Shown here: one piece after another, positions 60,121 to 64,000 of the stretch
Layout: each line of letters begins with the position of its first letter
How positions within the stretch are numbered: position 1 is the first letter of the stretch
NCBI GenBank assembly: GCA_963795085.1
Contig: CAWCFX010000001.1
Span: forward strand, 1,216,001-1,280,000
Source: an uncultured Gemmatimonadales bacterium
GTDB lineage: Bacteria; Gemmatimonadota; Gemmatimonadetes; Gemmatimonadales; GWC2-71-9
Direction of reading: 5' to 3'
DNA length: 64,000 bases
Position numbers and translations under genes: made by a program
The notes under the pieces: model-generated
The model's database searches: none
The model's input: the letters and a program-made list of their open reading frames with translations, nothing else
Told to the model about the DNA's origin: nothing

Positions 60121-62262
60121 ATGCGGATCCATTGCGGCCGGCCCTATCCGCTCGGGGCAACCTGGGATGGCATGGGCGTGAATTTCGCCATTTTCTCGGA
60201 ACGCGCCACCCGGGTCGAGCTCTGCCTCTTCGACCACCCCGACGCGCCCGCCGAGGCGCTGAGAGTCGAACTCCCGGAACAGACCGACCAGATCTGGCAC
60301 GGCTACCTCCGGGACCTGCTCCCCGGTCAGCTCTACGGCTACCGGGTCCACGGGCCGGAGGATCCCGCCGCCGGCAACCGGTTCAATGCCCGGAAGGTGC
60401 TGCTGGATCCCTACGCCAAGGCGATCGGCCGCACGGTACGCTGGGATGATACCATGTATGGCTACCGGATCGGGGATCCCCACGCCGACCTCTCGGTCGA
60501 CGAGCGGGACAATGCCGCCAGCTGCGCGCTGGGCGCCGTGATCGACCCGGCCTTTACCTGGGGCGATGACCGGCGGCCCCGGACGCCGTGGCACGAGACC
60601 ATCGTTTACGAGATGCACGTGCGGGGGTTCTCCCGCCAGCATCCCGCGCTCCCGCCTCATCTCCAGGGCACCTACGCGGGGCTGGCCAGCGAGCCGATGA
60701 TCGCCTACCTGAAGCAGCTGGGCGTCACCGCGGTCGAACTGATGCCGGTCCACCACCACGCCTTCGACCGCCACCTGCTGGAGCGCGGCCTCACCAACTA
60801 CTGGGGATATAACACCATCGCGTTCTTCGCCCCCGATCTGCGCTACGCCGCCAACCGGACTCCGGCGGGCTCGGTAGGCGAGTTCAAGACGATGGTCCGG
60901 GGGCTCCACGCGGCGGGGCTCGAGGTGATCCTCGACGTGGTGTACAACCACACGGCGGAAGGCAGCGAGCTGGGGCCCACCCTGTCGCTCCGGGGCATCG
61001 ACAACCGGGCCTACTACCGCCTGGCCGCGGAGAATCCGCGCTACTACGTGGACTATACCGGCTGCGGCAACACCCTGAACATGCTGCATCCCCGGGTGCT
61101 CCAGATCATCATGGACAGCCTCCGCTACTGGGTGCTGGAGATGCGGGTGGACGGGTTCCGCTTCGACCTGGCCAGCACCCTGGCCCGGGAGCTTCACGCG
61201 GTTGACCGGCTGAGCGCCTTCTTTGACGTGATTCACCAGGACCCGGTACTCTCCCAGGTCAAGCTGATTGCGGAGCCCTGGGACCTGGGAGAAGGCGGCT
61301 ACCAGGTGGGCAATTTCCCGGTCGGCTGGACCGAGTGGAACGGCAAGTACCGGGACTCGGTGCGCCGGTTCTGGAAAGGCGACGGCGGGATGGTCTCCGA
61401 GATCGCGTCCCGGCTGGCCGGCAGCAGCGATCTCTATGAGTGGAACGGCCGGCGACCGTACGCGAGCATCAACCTGGTCACCGCCCATGACGGCTTCACG
61501 CTGCATGACCTGGTGAGCTACAACGAGAAGCACAACGAAGCCAATGGCGAAGGCAACAACGACGGCGAGAGCCACAACCTGAGCTGGAATTGCGGGGTAG
61601 AGGGGCCCACCGACGACCCCGATATCACCGCCCTGCGGGAACAGCAGGCCCGCAATTTCCTGGCAACGCTGTTACTGTCCCAAGGTGTGCCCATGCTGGC
61701 GATGGGCGACGAGATCGGGCGGACTCAGCAGGGCAACAACAACGCCTACTGCCAGGACAACCCGATCAGCTGGGTGGACTGGGAACGGGCCAGCCGGTTC
61801 TCCGACCGGCTCGAATTCACCCGCTATCTCATCGCCCTCCGGCGGGCGCACCCGGTACTCCGGCGGCGGCGGTTCTTCCAGGGCCGGCCGATCCGGGGCC
61901 GCAACATCAAGGACATCGCCTGGGTCCGCCCCTCGGGGAAAGAGATGACGGACCAGGACTGGAGCGCCAACGCGGGCCGCACCTTCGGGGTGCGGCTGGC
62001 CGGCGCCGCCAGCGAGGAATGCGATGAACCGGGCGACGCCCCGGCCGCCGAGACGCTCTTTCTCGCGTTCAATGCGCACCATGAGCGGGTGCGCTTTGTC
62101 CTTCCTCCCACGGAAGGCGAGCGCTGGATTCGCATTCTCGACACCGCGCAACGGCAGTGGGGCCGGGAACACGTGATGCCGGGTTCCAGCTACCGGGTGG
62201 CGGGGCGCTCGGTGGCCGCGTTCCGGCAGCCCGCGACACCCGGGACCAAGGAGGAATCATGA
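60121..62262 (+). CDS. glgX: Glycogen debranching enzyme
   Basis: [36 protein letters not shown] and [10 protein letters not shown]. Confidence 0.97.
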   Translation: MRIHCGRPYPLGATWDGMGVNFAIFSERATRVELCLFDHPDAPAEALRVELPEQTDQIWHGYLRDLLPGQLYGYRVHGPEDPAAGNRFNARKVLLDPYAKAIGRTVRWDDTMYGYRIGDPHADLSVDERDNAASCALGAVIDPAFTWGDDRRPRTPWHETIVYEMHVRGFSRQHPALPPHLQGTYAGLASEPMIAYLKQLGVTAVELMPVHHHAFDRHLLERGLTNYWGYNTIAFFAPDLRYAANRTPAGSVGEFKTMVRGLHAAGLEVILDVVYNHTAEGSELGPTLSLRGIDNRAYYRLAAENPRYYVDYTGCGNTLNMLHPRVLQIIMDSLRYWVLEMRVDGFRFDLASTLARELHAVDRLSAFFDVIHQDPVLSQVKLIAEPWDLGEGGYQVGNFPVGWTEWNGKYRDSVRRFWKGDGGMVSEIASRLAGSSDLYEWNGRRPYASINLVTAHDGFTLHDLVSYNEKHNEANGEGNNDGESHNLSWNCGVEGPTDDPDITALREQQARNFLATLLLSQGVPMLAMGDEIGRTQQGNNNAYCQDNPISWVDWERASRFSDRLEFTRYLIALRRAHPVLRRRRFFQGRPIRGRNIKDIAWVRPSGKEMTDQDWSANAGRTFGVRLAGAASEECDEPGDAPAAETLFLAFNAHHERVRFVLPPTEGERWIRILDTAQRQWGREHVMPGSSYRVAGRSVAAFRQPATPGTKEES

Positions 62263-64000
62263 ACACGACCGCCCTGACGCAGGAGGAACTGGCCGCCATC
62301 GCCGACCGGTCCGGCACCCGATCGTACCGGAGCCTGGGCGCCCACCTGGCGGGAACCGGGGCCGGCACCGGGGTGCGCTTTGCCGTGGTGGCCCCCAATG
62401 CCGGCCAGGTCTCGGTGATCGGCGAATTCAATGGCTGGGACCCGGCGAAGCACCCGATGACCGGGACCGACCAGGGCGTCTGGCAGGTCTTCATTCCGGG
62501 CCTGGCTCCCGGCACCCGCTACAAGTACCGGGTGGTGTCCCGTGATGGGAAATTCCGGGCCGACAAGGCCGACCCCTACGCCTTCGCCGCCGAGCTGCCG
62601 CCGGGCACCGCGTCGGTGGTGGTGAAACCCCCGGAGTACCAGTGGCAGGACGAGACCTGGCTGGCCGAGCGGCAGGCCGGCCGGATTCATCGTTCGCCCA
62701 TGTCCATCTACGAGGTGCACCTCGGGTCCTGGCGCCGGATCCCGGAGGCCGGCAACCGGTCGCTGACCTACCGGGAGGCGGCCAGCCAGCTGGCCGAGTA
62801 CGTCGAGGCGCAGGGCTTTACCCACGTCGAGCTGATGCCGCTGGCGGAGCATCCGTTCTACGGATCCTGGGGCTACCAGGTGACCGGGTATTTTGCGCCC
62901 ACCGCCCGGTATGGCGACCCCGAGGATATGATGTTCATGGTGGACGCCTTTCACCAGCGGGGAATCGGGGTGATTCTCGACTGGGTGCCGGCGCACTTTC
63001 CCCGCGACGAACTGGGACTGGCCTATTTCGACGGTACCCACCTCTACGAGCATGCCGACCCCCGGCAGGGCCTCCATCCCGACTGGGACACTTTCGTGTT
63101 CAACTACGGCCGGGACGAAGTCCGGAACTTCCTGCTGAGCAACGCCATATTCTGGCTCGACCGCTACCATATCGACGCGCTGCGGGTGGACGCGGTCGCC
63201 TCGATGCTCTACCTCGATTACGGCCGCAAGGAAGGCGAATGGATCCCCAACCGCTTCGGCGGCCGGGAGAACCTGGAAGCGGTCGAGTTCCTGCGCACCC
63301 TCAACGAACAGCTGCACCAGGAATTTCCCGGCGCCACCGTGATCGCCGAAGAATCCACCAGCTGGCCGATGGTGTCCCGGCCCACCTACCTCGGCGGGCT
63401 GGGGTTCGGATTCAAGTGGAACATGGGCTGGATGCACGACATGCTGGACTACATGGCAAGGGATCCGGTCTACCGGACCCATCATCACAGCGCGATCACC
63501 TTCTCCCTGCTGTACGCCTTCAGCGAGAATTTCGTCCTGCCCTTCTCCCACGACGAAGTGGTGCACGGCAAGGGGTCCATGCTGGGGCGGATGCCGGGCG
63601 ACCGGTGGCAGCGCTTCGCGAACCTGCGGGCGCTGTACGGCTACATGTTCAGCCATCCCGGCAAGAAGCTGCTGTTCATGGGCGGCGAGTTCGGCCAGGA
63701 GAAGGAGTGGAACCACGAGTCCAGCCTGGACTGGCACCTGCTGGAGCAACCGGAGCACCGCGGCCTCCAGCGCTGGGTGCGCGACCTGAACACCTGCTAC
63801 CGGGGCCAGCCGGCCCTGCACCAGGTGGATTTCGAGGGCGCCGGCTTCGAATGGGTGGATTGCAATGACAACCTCCGGAGCGTGGTCAGCTTCCTCCGGC
63901 GAGCCCGCGATCCCGGCGACATGGTCCTGGTCGTCTGCAACTTCACTCCCCAGGTCCGGTCCGATTACCGGGTCGGTGTCCCGGTGGGCGGCCACTGGAC
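62259..64000 (+). CDS. glgB: 1,4-alpha-glucan branching enzyme (3' end lies outside the window)
   Basis: AAGGAGG RBS and ATGA overlap. The frame reads [44 protein letters not shown] and SHDEVVHGK. Confidence 0.96.
   Translation, partial: MNTTALTQEELAAIADRSGTRSYRSLGAHLAGTGAGTGVRFAVVAPNAGQVSVIGEFNGWDPAKHPMTGTDQGVWQVFIPGLAPGTRYKYRVVSRDGKFRADKADPYAFAAELPPGTASVVVKPPEYQWQDETWLAERQAGRIHRSPMSIYEVHLGSWRRIPEAGNRSLTYREAASQLAEYVEAQGFTHVELMPLAEHPFYGSWGYQVTGYFAPTARYGDPEDMMFMVDAFHQRGIGVILDWVPAHFPRDELGLAYFDGTHLYEHADPRQGLHPDWDTFVFNYGRDEVRNFLLSNAIFWLDRYHIDALRVDAVASMLYLDYGRKEGEWIPNRFGGRENLEAVEFLRTLNEQLHQEFPGATVIAEESTSWPMVSRPTYLGGLGFGFKWNMGWMHDMLDYMARDPVYRTHHHSAITFSLLYAFSENFVLPFSHDEVVHGKGSMLGRMPGDRWQRFANLRALYGYMFSHPGKKLLFMGGEFGQEKEWNHESSLDWHLLEQPEHRGLQRWVRDLNTCYRGQPALHQVDFEGAGFEWVDCNDNLRSVVSFLRRARDPGDMVLVVCNFTPQVRSDYRVGVPVGGHW

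Overview
High-GC bacterial chromosomal window. The tmRNA tag, the proS-lysA-guaA gene order and the gene content fit a Gemmatimonadota-like diderm, but this is inference and was not verified. Bases 1-12.3 kb are housekeeping: proS, lysA, guaA, mgtE, a PTS EIIA, dusB-larB-corA-diguanylate cyclase and tmRNA. Directly behind the tmRNA terminator is a non-coding array of three 120-150 bp palindromic units. The rest is accessory-type content: ECF sigma modules, c-di-GMP enzymes, a Tat-exported sugar-redox cluster with ApbE, a LigD phosphoesterase, a collapsed TonB-receptor/ECF locus, an orphan Pycsar-type membrane effector, an Asp23/AmaP operon headed by a multi-beta-barrel protein, and a glgE/glgX/glgB cluster. 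The strongest hidden feature is a MerB (organomercurial lyase)-like gene split by an in-frame UGA at the second catalytic Cys position and followed by a canonical-looking bacterial SECIS hairpin, i.e. a probable selenoprotein outside any mer operon. No integrase, transposase, CRISPR array, rRNA or tRNA was found. All family assignments come from motif recognition by eye, not database searches.
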